DNA from: Candidatus Buchananbacteria bacterium
Lineage (GTDB): Bacteria; Patescibacteriota; Patescibacteriia; Buchananbacterales; UBA6539
Length of the DNA stretch: 64,000 nt
Direction of reading: 5' to 3'
Assembly: GCA_013359225.1 (NCBI GenBank)
Contig: JABWCG010000001.1
Location: 360,021 to 424,020 of the forward strand
Of the stretch, positions 18,806-27,450 are shown piece after piece (within the stretch, counting starts at the first letter, position 1; every line of letters begins with the position of its first letter). A program made the translations under genes and the position numbers. The notes beneath the pieces are model-generated. The model had not been told where the DNA came from. It worked only from the letters and a program-made list of their open reading frames with translations, and searched no databases.

Positions 18806-18838
18806 TCCGCCGCGCAATTGCTCGTGGGCGGATTTTTT
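18806..18838 (+). terminator. Intrinsic terminator
   Basis: TCCGCC...GGCGGA followed by TTTTTT. Confidence 0.65.
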
Positions 18839-18870
18839 ATTTAACAATTTTTTGATACAATAATAACAAT

Positions 18871-19179
18871 ATGATTAACGACGGACCAGTCAATTTTAAA
18901 GACATTCTAAAAAATAAACAGGCTCTTAAACCGCCGGCACACCCCTGGCAAGATTTAGCATTACGCATTATTGACGAACTAGGCATTCCCAGTTTTAAGC
19001 GTAACTCCGTTTTTAAAGTCTGTAAGGAGCTGCCGCGACCGATGGTTGAAAAGGCTTTAAATGACACCAAAGAATTAGTTAAAGATGGCGAAAACTGGAA
19101 ATACTTCTTCAAAATTATTGGTACTATTCAAAACAAAAAAACGGCCTTTGAGCCGAAAAATTCACCAAAAAATAAATAA
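18871..19179 (+). CDS. Hypothetical protein (basic, 102 aa)
   Basis: Clean ORF with a -10-like TACAAT upstream; no recognised domain. Confidence 0.7.
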   Translation: MINDGPVNFKDILKNKQALKPPAHPWQDLALRIIDELGIPSFKRNSVFKVCKELPRPMVEKALNDTKELVKDGENWKYFFKIIGTIQNKKTAFEPKNSPKNK

Positions 19180-19182
19180 TTT

Positions 19183-19980
19183 TTAAAGCAGTTTAAAATT
19201 GCTCACCAAATATCCAACGCCAAAAGGCCCTTCATACGACAGAATTTCTGGCTCAATATTGAGAGACTCCAAAACTCCGCTCAAAATAATCAAAGACCGT
19301 AAACCATCCTCTTTAACTTCGGCGGCTTCAGCCGGACTGATTTTTTGCAGAGCAGCAAAATCTTTTTTCTTAATAGCCGTCACCACCTTTTGATCAAACT
19401 CCTTGGCTTTTTCCGAATAACCGCCCGGAGCGTCTTTAGTCAGCGTGTGGGCAAGGTCGGCAGAAGCAATCACTGCAAATCGCTTATTAATTCGTGAAAG
19501 TTCGCGATACAAAAAATTGCCAAATTTAAAATGCTGCTGATAGTCAAGCCCGGAGTGGGTGATAGGGATAATCGGAATGTTCTTCAAATGCTGAGTTAAA
19601 AAATAAAGCGGCACTGAAAAACCGTAATCAAGCTCCTCGGGGCTAGTCATGACTACCGGCGCTTCCTGATTACTTTCATCGGCGGCGCGAATTTCCTGAA
19701 TTGACATATAGTCGCTTTTAAAGGAAAGCTCCAGCTCAAAATCACCAAAATCTTTAAAATTAGACTTATACTCAGCGCTAAAATTAATATTAAAAGACTC
19801 GTCAAAAACCTGGCCGTGCGGAGAAACAATCAAAATACTTTCCGGTTTTGCCGCATACAACTGCTGCTCCAAGCTTTTCATTGCTTCTTCAGTTTTCTTT
19901 AATTTTTTGAGATTATCCTTGCCGATTTTTGGTATTAATACCGGCGGATGAGGAGTAATCGCCGCAAAAACGATTGGCAT
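19183..19980 (-). CDS. LigB/Memo-like extradiol dioxygenase fold protein (AmmeMemoRadiSam B-like)
   Basis: TPHPPVLIP, IVSPH, IASADLAH, SYEGPFGVGY. Confidence 0.85.
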   Translation of the reverse strand: MPIVFAAITPHPPVLIPKIGKDNLKKLKKTEEAMKSLEQQLYAAKPESILIVSPHGQVFDESFNINFSAEYKSNFKDFGDFELELSFKSDYMSIQEIRAADESNQEAPVVMTSPEELDYGFSVPLYFLTQHLKNIPIIPITHSGLDYQQHFKFGNFLYRELSRINKRFAVIASADLAHTLTKDAPGGYSEKAKEFDQKVVTAIKKKDFAALQKISPAEAAEVKEDGLRSLIILSGVLESLNIEPEILSYEGPFGVGYLVSNFKLL

Positions 19981-19990
19981 ATATATAAAT

Positions 19991-21328
19991 TTATTCTACA
20001 TCTTCGCCTAACGGATGAACAGTCAAGGCTTGAGCAGAGGTAGTAATAATATTATCCCATTTATAGCTAAATTTGGCAAATGCCGCCTCAGTTTTAACCC
20101 ACCGCCGATAACCTCCGGCGACAACATACACTTTCGAATCTCCCTGGGCCTGAATCAACTCGCCATCACGGAATTTAACCGGGTCGCCAGTTTGATATTG
20201 ATCAAGAATTTCTGGCGCCACCTGTGTTAAAACTTTTTTTGGAAACCGTGATTCCATAATTTCACGAGCGTAAATCGGATGTTTTAATCCAGCCTCAACA
20301 AAATAAACGCCCCCTGTTTTATTATCCTGAAGCAGTGCTCCGGTCGGATAGGCTGTTTCTACCGTAATATCTTTTCCGTATTTATACCCGGCTAAGTCAG
20401 AAAATTCTACCACTTCAATTTCTTCTGGATTAAAACCAATTACCCGAAAAACTTCCGGCGAGGTGATGTGCCGAAGTTCATCGTCAACTAATAAATACAC
20501 TTTACCGTCCGGATCCTGGAGTAGGGAATAGTTATGAAATTGAATACTCGGGCCAATTTCGTACTTTTCAAGATCAAGCTTGCTAATGGTTAATATTTTT
20601 TTGGGATCAAACCGCGAAAGCAAGGCTCCCCAGGAAGTAATTAAACGCCTGGTACCGTACTGAATCAGCCACACTGCCGGACTGTCATTAGTTTTAACCA
20701 GTGAGCCATCCGGAAAATCGCGGCCCCAATAATTTTGCCATAATTGCCAAAACCGATTGTTGCCGGAATAGTGCGGGGTATAGTTGTACAATCCCGCGGT
20801 TGCTTTCGTCAGCGGCGTCACCAACCAACCGTCGATGGCGTAGTCGTTGCCAGCTTGATAATGCCAGTCACCGGGATTATCCATATATTGTCTAAACTGC
20901 CAGGCAGCACCGTCAACCTGCTTGCCAAAACCTAAAGCTTTTGGACTGCACGAACCGCTATCCGGACAACGATATCCCATCGCCTTATCAAGTTGATTTT
21001 GGCTCGGCGATGAATCGCCAATCAAACTTTGCTCTTTTTGCAATGTCACCAACAAAACCTTAGGGCTAATTTTACTTTCAATCGCCGCCTGCCAGATGAT
21101 CTCGGCAGCAGGACGATTCACCCCTAAATAATCGGGAAAAGAACGCCAGGCAAGAGAACTGCCTTTTTCCTCAAGAAATTGCTGAATTTCAGCGAGATTT
21201 AAAGATAAGTGGTCAGTCATTTCCTCATCACTAATAACAAAACTGGGATTAAAAAAAATCTCGGCCTGGGCGGCGATTGGGAAAATAATTAACTCTAAAA
21301 TTATGAGTAGCAATACTGCTCTTTTCAT
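19991..21328 (-). CDS. Secreted protein: lysozyme-like/hemagglutinin-type domain plus four ~58-aa repeats
   Basis: Signal peptide MKRAVLLL...AQA; ISPKVLLVTLQKEQSL and ATAGLYNYTPH; four G-x-L-[VLI]-[KQ]...V[YW] repeats. Confidence 0.75.
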   Translation of the reverse strand: MKRAVLLLIILELIIFPIAAQAEIFFNPSFVISDEEMTDHLSLNLAEIQQFLEEKGSSLAWRSFPDYLGVNRPAAEIIWQAAIESKISPKVLLVTLQKEQSLIGDSSPSQNQLDKAMGYRCPDSGSCSPKALGFGKQVDGAAWQFRQYMDNPGDWHYQAGNDYAIDGWLVTPLTKATAGLYNYTPHYSGNNRFWQLWQNYWGRDFPDGSLVKTNDSPAVWLIQYGTRRLITSWGALLSRFDPKKILTISKLDLEKYEIGPSIQFHNYSLLQDPDGKVYLLVDDELRHITSPEVFRVIGFNPEEIEVVEFSDLAGYKYGKDITVETAYPTGALLQDNKTGGVYFVEAGLKHPIYAREIMESRFPKKVLTQVAPEILDQYQTGDPVKFRDGELIQAQGDSKVYVVAGGYRRWVKTEAAFAKFSYKWDNIITTSAQALTVHPLGEDVE

Positions 21329-21408
21329 CTTTTTATTATAGCATAAATCATGATCATTCTCATAGTGAAAAACTGGCTTGAAAGCCAAAATTTTGCTAAA
21401 ATATAACT

Positions 21409-21978
21409 ATGAAAAAACGAGTTTTTATTGCTATCAATCTACCGACCGAAACGAAAGATGAGCTTGGTCAGTTATTAAAAAAACTAAAAAAAATAAACCC
21501 TCAGCAACAAATTCGTTACGTGAAGGCAGATAGCCTACACCTGACCTTACATTTTTTAGGTGATCGTGGCGCCGAGGAAATTTCAACTATAAAAAAAGTT
21601 ATGCGCGACATTGCCAGCAGTCATTCACCATCAACTATTATCACTGGCGATATTGATGCATTTCCTAATTTGCAATCACCAAAAGTTGTTTATTTGTCAA
21701 TTATGGAAAAGCCTAAATCAAGTATCTCCAGCCTACAAAAAAAATTAGGATTTACGCTTGAACAAGCGGGTATTGATGTCGACCATCGCGCTTGGCAGCC
21801 TCATCTAACACTTGCACGAATTAACAGTCCGACTGTTTTTAAAACACAAAATGCTTTTCCGCCAATAATTGAAATTCCAGCTACTCACATTACCTTAATG
21901 GAAAGTAACTTAACGTCATACGGTGCGCAGTATACCGTGCTTGAATCATTTAGTTTTTCTAATCATGGACAAAATTGA
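21409..21978 (+). CDS. thpR: RNA 2',3'-cyclic phosphodiesterase (2H family)
   Basis: RVFIAI, two HxT motifs (LHLTLHFLG, PHLTLAR). Confidence 0.92.
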   Translation: MKKRVFIAINLPTETKDELGQLLKKLKKINPQQQIRYVKADSLHLTLHFLGDRGAEEISTIKKVMRDIASSHSPSTIITGDIDAFPNLQSPKVVYLSIMEKPKSSISSLQKKLGFTLEQAGIDVDHRAWQPHLTLARINSPTVFKTQNAFPPIIEIPATHITLMESNLTSYGAQYTVLESFSFSNHGQN

Positions 21979-22750
21979 AATTCTGGGAATCAAAATTGAT
22001 AATTTATCACTGCAAGAAGTTTTAGAAAAAATAAAACGCTTTTTAGATTCAGATCAACAGCACTATGTTGTCACACCAAATCCCGAGTTTATTGTTGCCA
22101 GTCAAACCGATGGACATTTTAAAGAAATTTTAAACTATGCCGACATCGCCGTTGCTGACGGCATCGGTTTGGTAAAGGCGGCAAAATTTTCAGGCAAAAG
22201 ACTTCAGCGGGTCACCGGTGTTGATTTGGTCTGGGCGGTGTGCGAATTAGCTGAACAAATTAATTGTTCAGTTTATTTACTTGGCGCTAAAGGAACTGTT
22301 GCACGTCGCGCCGGAACTGTCCTACAAGAAAATTTTAAAAATTTAACCATTGCCGGCGCCGAAAGCGGGGGAGAGATTAACGACCCCAAAGAAATTAATT
22401 TTGACATTGTTAATAAAATTAACGCCAGCCAAGCAAAAATTTTATTTGTGGCGCTGGGCCACGTCAAACAAGAAAAATGGATCTTTTACCATTTAGATAG
22501 ATTAAAAAATGTTAAAGTGGCAATTGGCGTTGGCGGCGCCTTTGATTATATCTCCGGCGAAGTCGTACGAGCGCCGCTATTTTTAAGGCGCCTTGGACTG
22601 GAATGGCTCTTTCGTCTGGTCACTCAACCGCAGCGCTTTAAAAGAATTTTTAACGCCACAATAGTTTTTACCTTTTTGCTGATCAAAAAAAAATTTTTAG
22701 ACTTTTTTCGAAAAGAAAATAACGATATCTCAACTCCCGATAAGCCTTAA
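21965..22750 (+). CDS. WecB/TagA/CpsF family glycosyltransferase
   Basis: VTPNPE, ADGIG, RVTGVDL, KQEKW, GVGGAFD, GLEWLFRL. Confidence 0.92.
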   Translation: MDKIEILGIKIDNLSLQEVLEKIKRFLDSDQQHYVVTPNPEFIVASQTDGHFKEILNYADIAVADGIGLVKAAKFSGKRLQRVTGVDLVWAVCELAEQINCSVYLLGAKGTVARRAGTVLQENFKNLTIAGAESGGEINDPKEINFDIVNKINASQAKILFVALGHVKQEKWIFYHLDRLKNVKVAIGVGGAFDYISGEVVRAPLFLRRLGLEWLFRLVTQPQRFKRIFNATIVFTFLLIKKKFLDFFRKENNDISTPDKP

Positions 22751-22816
22751 AATTAGGCCTGTTTTAAGCTATTTGGCCTATTTGTAAAAAAAACATAAAC
22801 CTAGTAAGATAACCCT

Positions 22817-24244
22817 ATGACTAAAAAGATAATAACCAGATTCGCACCCAGTCCGACCGGATTTGTCCACGTTGGCAGTTTGCGCACCGCTTTATATAAC
22901 TATCTATTTACCCGAGCTAACAAGGGTAAATTTTATTTACGAATTGAAGACACCGACCAGGAACGAAAAGTCGATGGAGCCGTTGAAAACCTACTGTCAA
23001 CGCTAAAAATTTTTGATTTGCTTTGGGACAACAAAAAAATTATGGTTCAGTCTGAACGGCTGGAAATGTATAAACAGGCAGCGGATCAACTTGTTAAATC
23101 AGGACACGCTTATTATTGTTTTTGTTCTAAAGAACGGCTGGAAAACCTGCGCCAGATTCAATCCAAAAAAGGCTTGCCGACAATGTATGACGGAAACTGC
23201 GCCAATTTGGACCAAGCCGAGATTGCGGCTAGCCTGAAAGAAAAACCGTTTGTAATCAGATTTAAAGTTCCGAAAACCGGCCAAACAGAATTTCATGATT
23301 TAATTCGGGGCAAAATCAGTTTTGACAATAAAATTTTAGATGACCCGATTATCCTGAAATCCGACGGATTTCCAACCTACCATTTAGCATCGGTTGTTGA
23401 CGATCATGAAATGGAGATTAGCCATGTTATCAGAGGAGAGGAGTGGTTGCCCTCAACACCAAAACATTTACTGCTTTATAAAGCGTTTGACTGGCAGGCA
23501 CCGGCATTTGCTCACTTGCCGCTTTTATTAAATCCGGACAAATCAAAATTATCAAAACGACAAGGTGATGTCGCCGTGGAAGATTACCTCAAAAAAGGCT
23601 ACCTGCCCGAAGCCTTGGTCAACTTTGTTTTACTGCTCGGCTGGAACCCTGGTACCGATCAAGAGATATTCAACCTAGATGAGATGATTAAACATTTTCA
23701 GCTTGAAAAAGTTAACAAATCAGGAGCAGTGTTCAACACTCAAAAATTGGACTGGCTTAATGGTTATTACCTGCGAAAAAAATCCAGCGCTGAATTTGCC
23801 AAACTTTGCCAGCCGTTTTTCGAACAAGCCGGGATTAAAACTGAATTAAAACAATTAGAAAAAATTGTTGCAACCGAGCAAGAAAGAATTAAACACCTTG
23901 ATGAAATCGTTGAGGCGACTAAATTTTTCTTTACCTCAGAACCGTACGATCCGGAATTACTGATTTGGAAAAAATCAACCAGACAGCAAACCATTGCCAA
24001 CCTCAAAACTATTTTAGCCAGACTGGCTCAAATTGACGAAAAAAATTGGAACCAAAAAAATCTGGAGGAAGAGATTATGACATTTTTGAAAGAAAATGAT
24101 TATGCTACCGGCGATATGCTCTGGCCAATGCGCGTGGCGTTAACTGGACGCAAATCAAGTCCGGGAAATTTTGAAGTAGCCCAGGCGCTTGGTAAAACCG
24201 AAAGCCTTAAAAGAATTGACCAGGCCATTAAAATTTTAGCGTAA
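22817..24244 (+). CDS. gltX: Glutamate--tRNA ligase
   Basis: TRFAPSPTGFVHVG, RIEDTD, KLSKR. Confidence 0.97.
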   Translation: MTKKIITRFAPSPTGFVHVGSLRTALYNYLFTRANKGKFYLRIEDTDQERKVDGAVENLLSTLKIFDLLWDNKKIMVQSERLEMYKQAADQLVKSGHAYYCFCSKERLENLRQIQSKKGLPTMYDGNCANLDQAEIAASLKEKPFVIRFKVPKTGQTEFHDLIRGKISFDNKILDDPIILKSDGFPTYHLASVVDDHEMEISHVIRGEEWLPSTPKHLLLYKAFDWQAPAFAHLPLLLNPDKSKLSKRQGDVAVEDYLKKGYLPEALVNFVLLLGWNPGTDQEIFNLDEMIKHFQLEKVNKSGAVFNTQKLDWLNGYYLRKKSSAEFAKLCQPFFEQAGIKTELKQLEKIVATEQERIKHLDEIVEATKFFFTSEPYDPELLIWKKSTRQQTIANLKTILARLAQIDEKNWNQKNLEEEIMTFLKENDYATGDMLWPMRVALTGRKSSPGNFEVAQALGKTESLKRIDQAIKILA

Positions 24245-24283
24245 ACTTGATTTTATCAAAATTTTATGCTATAATGATAGATA

Positions 24284-25534
24284 ATGAAAGAAAATAAAAA
24301 GAAAAATTCCACATCAAAAAATATTTTAGCAAAGAGCCTGATTATCACCTTTGTGCTGGCTCTTATTTTTATTAACCCAGGACCAGGTAAGGCTGAGGAA
24401 GATATCGGCGAATTAAACCGCTCAATTGAAAGCAAGCGCCGAGAAATCGATGCTATTCAAAAACAAATTGATGAATACGCCCAGCAAATCAAAGCAAAAA
24501 AACAGGAGGCGAGGGGACTGCAAAATCAGATTGCTATTTTAGACAACCAAATTGCCAAGGTTAACCTGGATGTTGAGGCAACTCAAAAACTTATTGAACA
24601 AACTAATTTAGAAATTCAAGCGACTAATATCCAAATTCAGGAACTTGAAGTTAAAATTGATAAACAAAAAGAAAAGATTGTTGAATATTTAAGATTAATT
24701 TACAAAGCGGATCAGGTTAGTTATTTTGAAATCTTACTGGTAAACAATTCATTCTCTGATTTTTTTGACCAAATCAAATATTCCGAACAGATTAATACTG
24801 ACCTCAAAGAAAGTCTGGACGAGTTAAAAACCGATAAAACGGATTTTGAAACTCAAAAACTAAATCTTGAGGCAAAAGTTACGCTTGAAGAAGAATTAAA
24901 ACAAAAACTCCAGGAGCAAAAGTCAGAGCTAGAAGAACGCAATGCAGCTAAGGGTATTTTATTAGTACAGACAAACTTAACTCAACGACAATACCAAAAC
25001 CAACAATATCAGCTGCAGCTTGAACAGCAGCAAATCAACTCCGATATTCTGGGACTTGAAAAAACTGTCCGAAAAAAACTTGAAGATCAGGCGGCTGAAG
25101 AAAAATTCAAAAATTTTGGGCCGGCCCGATTAGCTTGGCCAGTTGATCCATCACGGGGGATTAGCGCTTATTTTCATGATCCTGATTATCCTTTCCGCTA
25201 TATCTTTGAACATCCAGCTATTGATGTTCGAGCTTCTCAAGGTACTGCCATTAAGGCCCCTGAGGCTGGCTATGTTGCCAGAGTAAAATTTGCCGGCGAT
25301 ACTAGTTATGCATACGTGATGTTGATTCATAACGATGGTCTTTCAACAGTCTTTGGTCATATCTCGAAACCGCTGGTAAAAGAAGATGAATATGTCAGTA
25401 AGGGGCAAGTTATTGCTCTGTCCGGCGGAATGCCGGGCGGTATCGGTTCCGGCAATTTAAGTACCGGCGCCCATCTTCATTTCGAAGTGCGTTTGGATGG
25501 TATCCCAGTAAACCCGTTAGAATACCTGCCATAA
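24284..25534 (+). CDS. Coiled-coil M23 family peptidase (EnvC/murein hydrolase-like)
   Basis: N-terminal TM/signal, long coiled coil, HPAID and HLHFEVR M23 motifs. Confidence 0.9.
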   Translation: MKENKKKNSTSKNILAKSLIITFVLALIFINPGPGKAEEDIGELNRSIESKRREIDAIQKQIDEYAQQIKAKKQEARGLQNQIAILDNQIAKVNLDVEATQKLIEQTNLEIQATNIQIQELEVKIDKQKEKIVEYLRLIYKADQVSYFEILLVNNSFSDFFDQIKYSEQINTDLKESLDELKTDKTDFETQKLNLEAKVTLEEELKQKLQEQKSELEERNAAKGILLVQTNLTQRQYQNQQYQLQLEQQQINSDILGLEKTVRKKLEDQAAEEKFKNFGPARLAWPVDPSRGISAYFHDPDYPFRYIFEHPAIDVRASQGTAIKAPEAGYVARVKFAGDTSYAYVMLIHNDGLSTVFGHISKPLVKEDEYVSKGQVIALSGGMPGGIGSGNLSTGAHLHFEVRLDGIPVNPLEYLP

Positions 25535-25537
25535 AAA

Positions 25538-25942
25538 ATGAGTGATAATCTTAACAGTAAAATCAGCTCGCTTGTTATTTGGACTCTGTTTGCCGGGCTG
25601 GTTTTTTTATATATTCGATTCTTTCCACACCTTAAAACGATTGGGGAAATTGTAATTTCAGCCTTACCGTCGATTATCTTTTTTACCATTGGTATTTTTA
25701 TTTCCCGACGAGATCAAGATCGCATTACACAAGCCAGAAAAAAAGATTCAACACAAATTTCTCTAACCACCACCCTTGAACAGGCTTTAAAACACGATTT
25801 ATTAACCTATTTAGTACCGGTAATAATCTTAGCAACGCCTTTTTTATTTGATCAAATCCCAAACGTTACTACCGTCATTCAGGCAGGAACTGCTTTTCTC
25901 GTGCTCGCGTACTTAAAGTTGATATACTGGGGCGAATTATAA
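25538..25942 (+). CDS. Hypothetical 4-TM membrane protein
   Basis: Four hydrophobic segments; closely follows the upstream gene. Confidence 0.7.
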   Translation: MSDNLNSKISSLVIWTLFAGLVFLYIRFFPHLKTIGEIVISALPSIIFFTIGIFISRRDQDRITQARKKDSTQISLTTTLEQALKHDLLTYLVPVIILATPFLFDQIPNVTTVIQAGTAFLVLAYLKLIYWGEL

Positions 25943-25945
25943 AAT

Positions 25946-26001
25946 TTGACAAAGATATTTTTTTATCTTACTATTTAGATAGTTGTCTAAATATCTAAAT
26001 A
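25946..26001 (+). promoter_or_regulatory. Promoter and operator of the sdpRI-like operon
   Basis: TTGACA (25946-25951), 17 bp, TACTAT (25969-25974); inverted repeat TATTTAGA-N6-TCTAAATA (25972-25993) plus a direct TCTAAATA copy (25994-26001). Confidence 0.72.
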
Positions 26002-26041
26002 TTTTAGCCTTAAATAACCGCCAAAAAGGGGATACTAGATT

Positions 26042-26308
26042 ATGAGCTTAAACAAAACCTTTAGCGCCCTTTCTGATCCAACAAGACGTAAAATTTTAGA
26101 ATTACTCAAAAAGAAAGATCTATCGGTAAATGATATTGCGCTTAATTTTTCAATATCATTACCGTCCTTATCTCATCACCTTACAATCTTAAAAAACGCT
26201 CAATTAGTCACGTCACAGCGCCGGGGACAACAAATGATTTATTCTTTAAATCTAAGCGTATTTGAAGAAATTGCCAAACAATTATACGGCTTTTTTAATA
26301 AAAAATAA
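26042..26308 (+). CDS. sdpR: ArsR family autorepressor, SdpR-like
   Basis: FSALSDPTRRKILELL, SLSHHLTILKNAQLV, YSLNLSVFEE; adjacent to an sdpI-like gene. Confidence 0.8.
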   Translation: MSLNKTFSALSDPTRRKILELLKKKDLSVNDIALNFSISLPSLSHHLTILKNAQLVTSQRRGQQMIYSLNLSVFEEIAKQLYGFFNKK

Positions 26309-26324
26309 ACTTACAATAAATAAT

Positions 26325-26987
26325 ATGAAACATCCATTAACCCCAAACATTAAAACTGAAATTATGCCAGTTATCACTCTAATTCTCCTGGCAGTTATCA
26401 GCGTCTATTTTTATAATAATTTTCCTAATCAAGTACCGACTCATTGGAATTATCGAGGAGAAGTAGATGGATATTCAGGCAAAGCCTTTGGAGCTTTTGG
26501 AATTCCGGTAATCATCGTCGTAATGTATGTAATGTTTTTACTGTTCCCATTGCTAGACCCAAAAAAAGACCGTTACCAACAATTCAAAAAGACATACCAC
26601 GTCTTCAAAACTATGATCATAGTTGTGATGGGGTTGATATATTTCTACAGCGGTTTGGCGGCTTTAGGGTATCCTGTGTCAATCAACATTGCTGTTCCAG
26701 CAACAATTGGATTATTATTCATAGTGATGGGTAACTACATGTCTAAAATAAAAAGCAACTGGTTTATTGGTATTAGGACTCCATGGACATTATCCAATGA
26801 AGAAGTTTGGAACAAAACTCATCGGGTTGGCGGAAAAATCTTTATCGCCCTAGGTGCCTTTATGATTATTGGGATATTTTTGCCAGACAAGATCTACTGG
26901 CAGGGTTTTATAGTAAGCCTTTTAGCATCGGTAGTCGGCATGATGGGGTATTCGTACTGGATATTCAAAAAGATTAATAAAAATTAA
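26325..26987 (+). CDS. sdpI: SdpI family membrane immunity protein (DUF1648 + SdpI)
   Basis: VPTHWNYRGEVDGY, GNYMSKIKSNWFIGIRTPWTLSNEEVWNKTHR. Confidence 0.88.
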   Translation: MKHPLTPNIKTEIMPVITLILLAVISVYFYNNFPNQVPTHWNYRGEVDGYSGKAFGAFGIPVIIVVMYVMFLLFPLLDPKKDRYQQFKKTYHVFKTMIIVVMGLIYFYSGLAALGYPVSINIAVPATIGLLFIVMGNYMSKIKSNWFIGIRTPWTLSNEEVWNKTHRVGGKIFIALGAFMIIGIFLPDKIYWQGFIVSLLASVVGMMGYSYWIFKKINKN

Positions 26988-27009
26988 CGCTAAATAAAGT
27001 TTTACTATC

Positions 27010-27048
27010 TTTTAACCCCGCCTCCACACACGAGAGGAGGGGTTAAAA
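27010..27048. terminator. Bidirectional terminator-like hairpin
   Basis: TTTTAACCCC...GGGGTTAAAA between convergent genes. Confidence 0.6.
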
Positions 27049-27082
27049 ATTACTTTATTTATTAATCTTTTTGAAATATATA

Positions 27083-27110
27083 GCGTCGCACAATATATCT
27101 TATGCGACAC
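27083..27110. other. dif-like tyrosine recombinase site (11-6-11)
   Basis: GCGTCGCACAA-TATATC-TTATGCGACAC; near-palindromic arms with a 6-bp spacer, resembling the XerC arm GGTGCGCATAA. Confidence 0.55.
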
Positions 27111-27322
27111 TATAGGGATATATTTATCCACAAGCAAACAACTAATACAAATAGCTGCTAAAGCTATAAGATAAGCATTTAAATATAGTTTTAGACATTA
27201 ATGGACAACAAGGCCCTTAGGTAAATAAAACTTTTAAAATCAAGCAACTTACATATTACGTACTGATAAATTTTGTTTAATCAATCAAGATATGAATTTA
27301 TTAGCGCGGATGCTAATGAGAG

Positions 27323-27378
27323 ATTAAATCATTTAAAAAGAAAGCTAGACGCCTAACCTTCTTTTTAAATGATTTAAT
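27323..27378. repeat. Perfect 20-bp inverted repeat with 16-nt spacer
   Basis: ATTAAATCATTTAAAAAGAA / TTCTTTTTAAATGATTTAAT. Confidence 0.9.
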
Positions 27379-27450
27379 TTGATATATTTTTCTCTAACCC
27401 CTCTTCCCTATTTGCCATTAAAAAAAGATTTATATTGTGCGACGCATACA

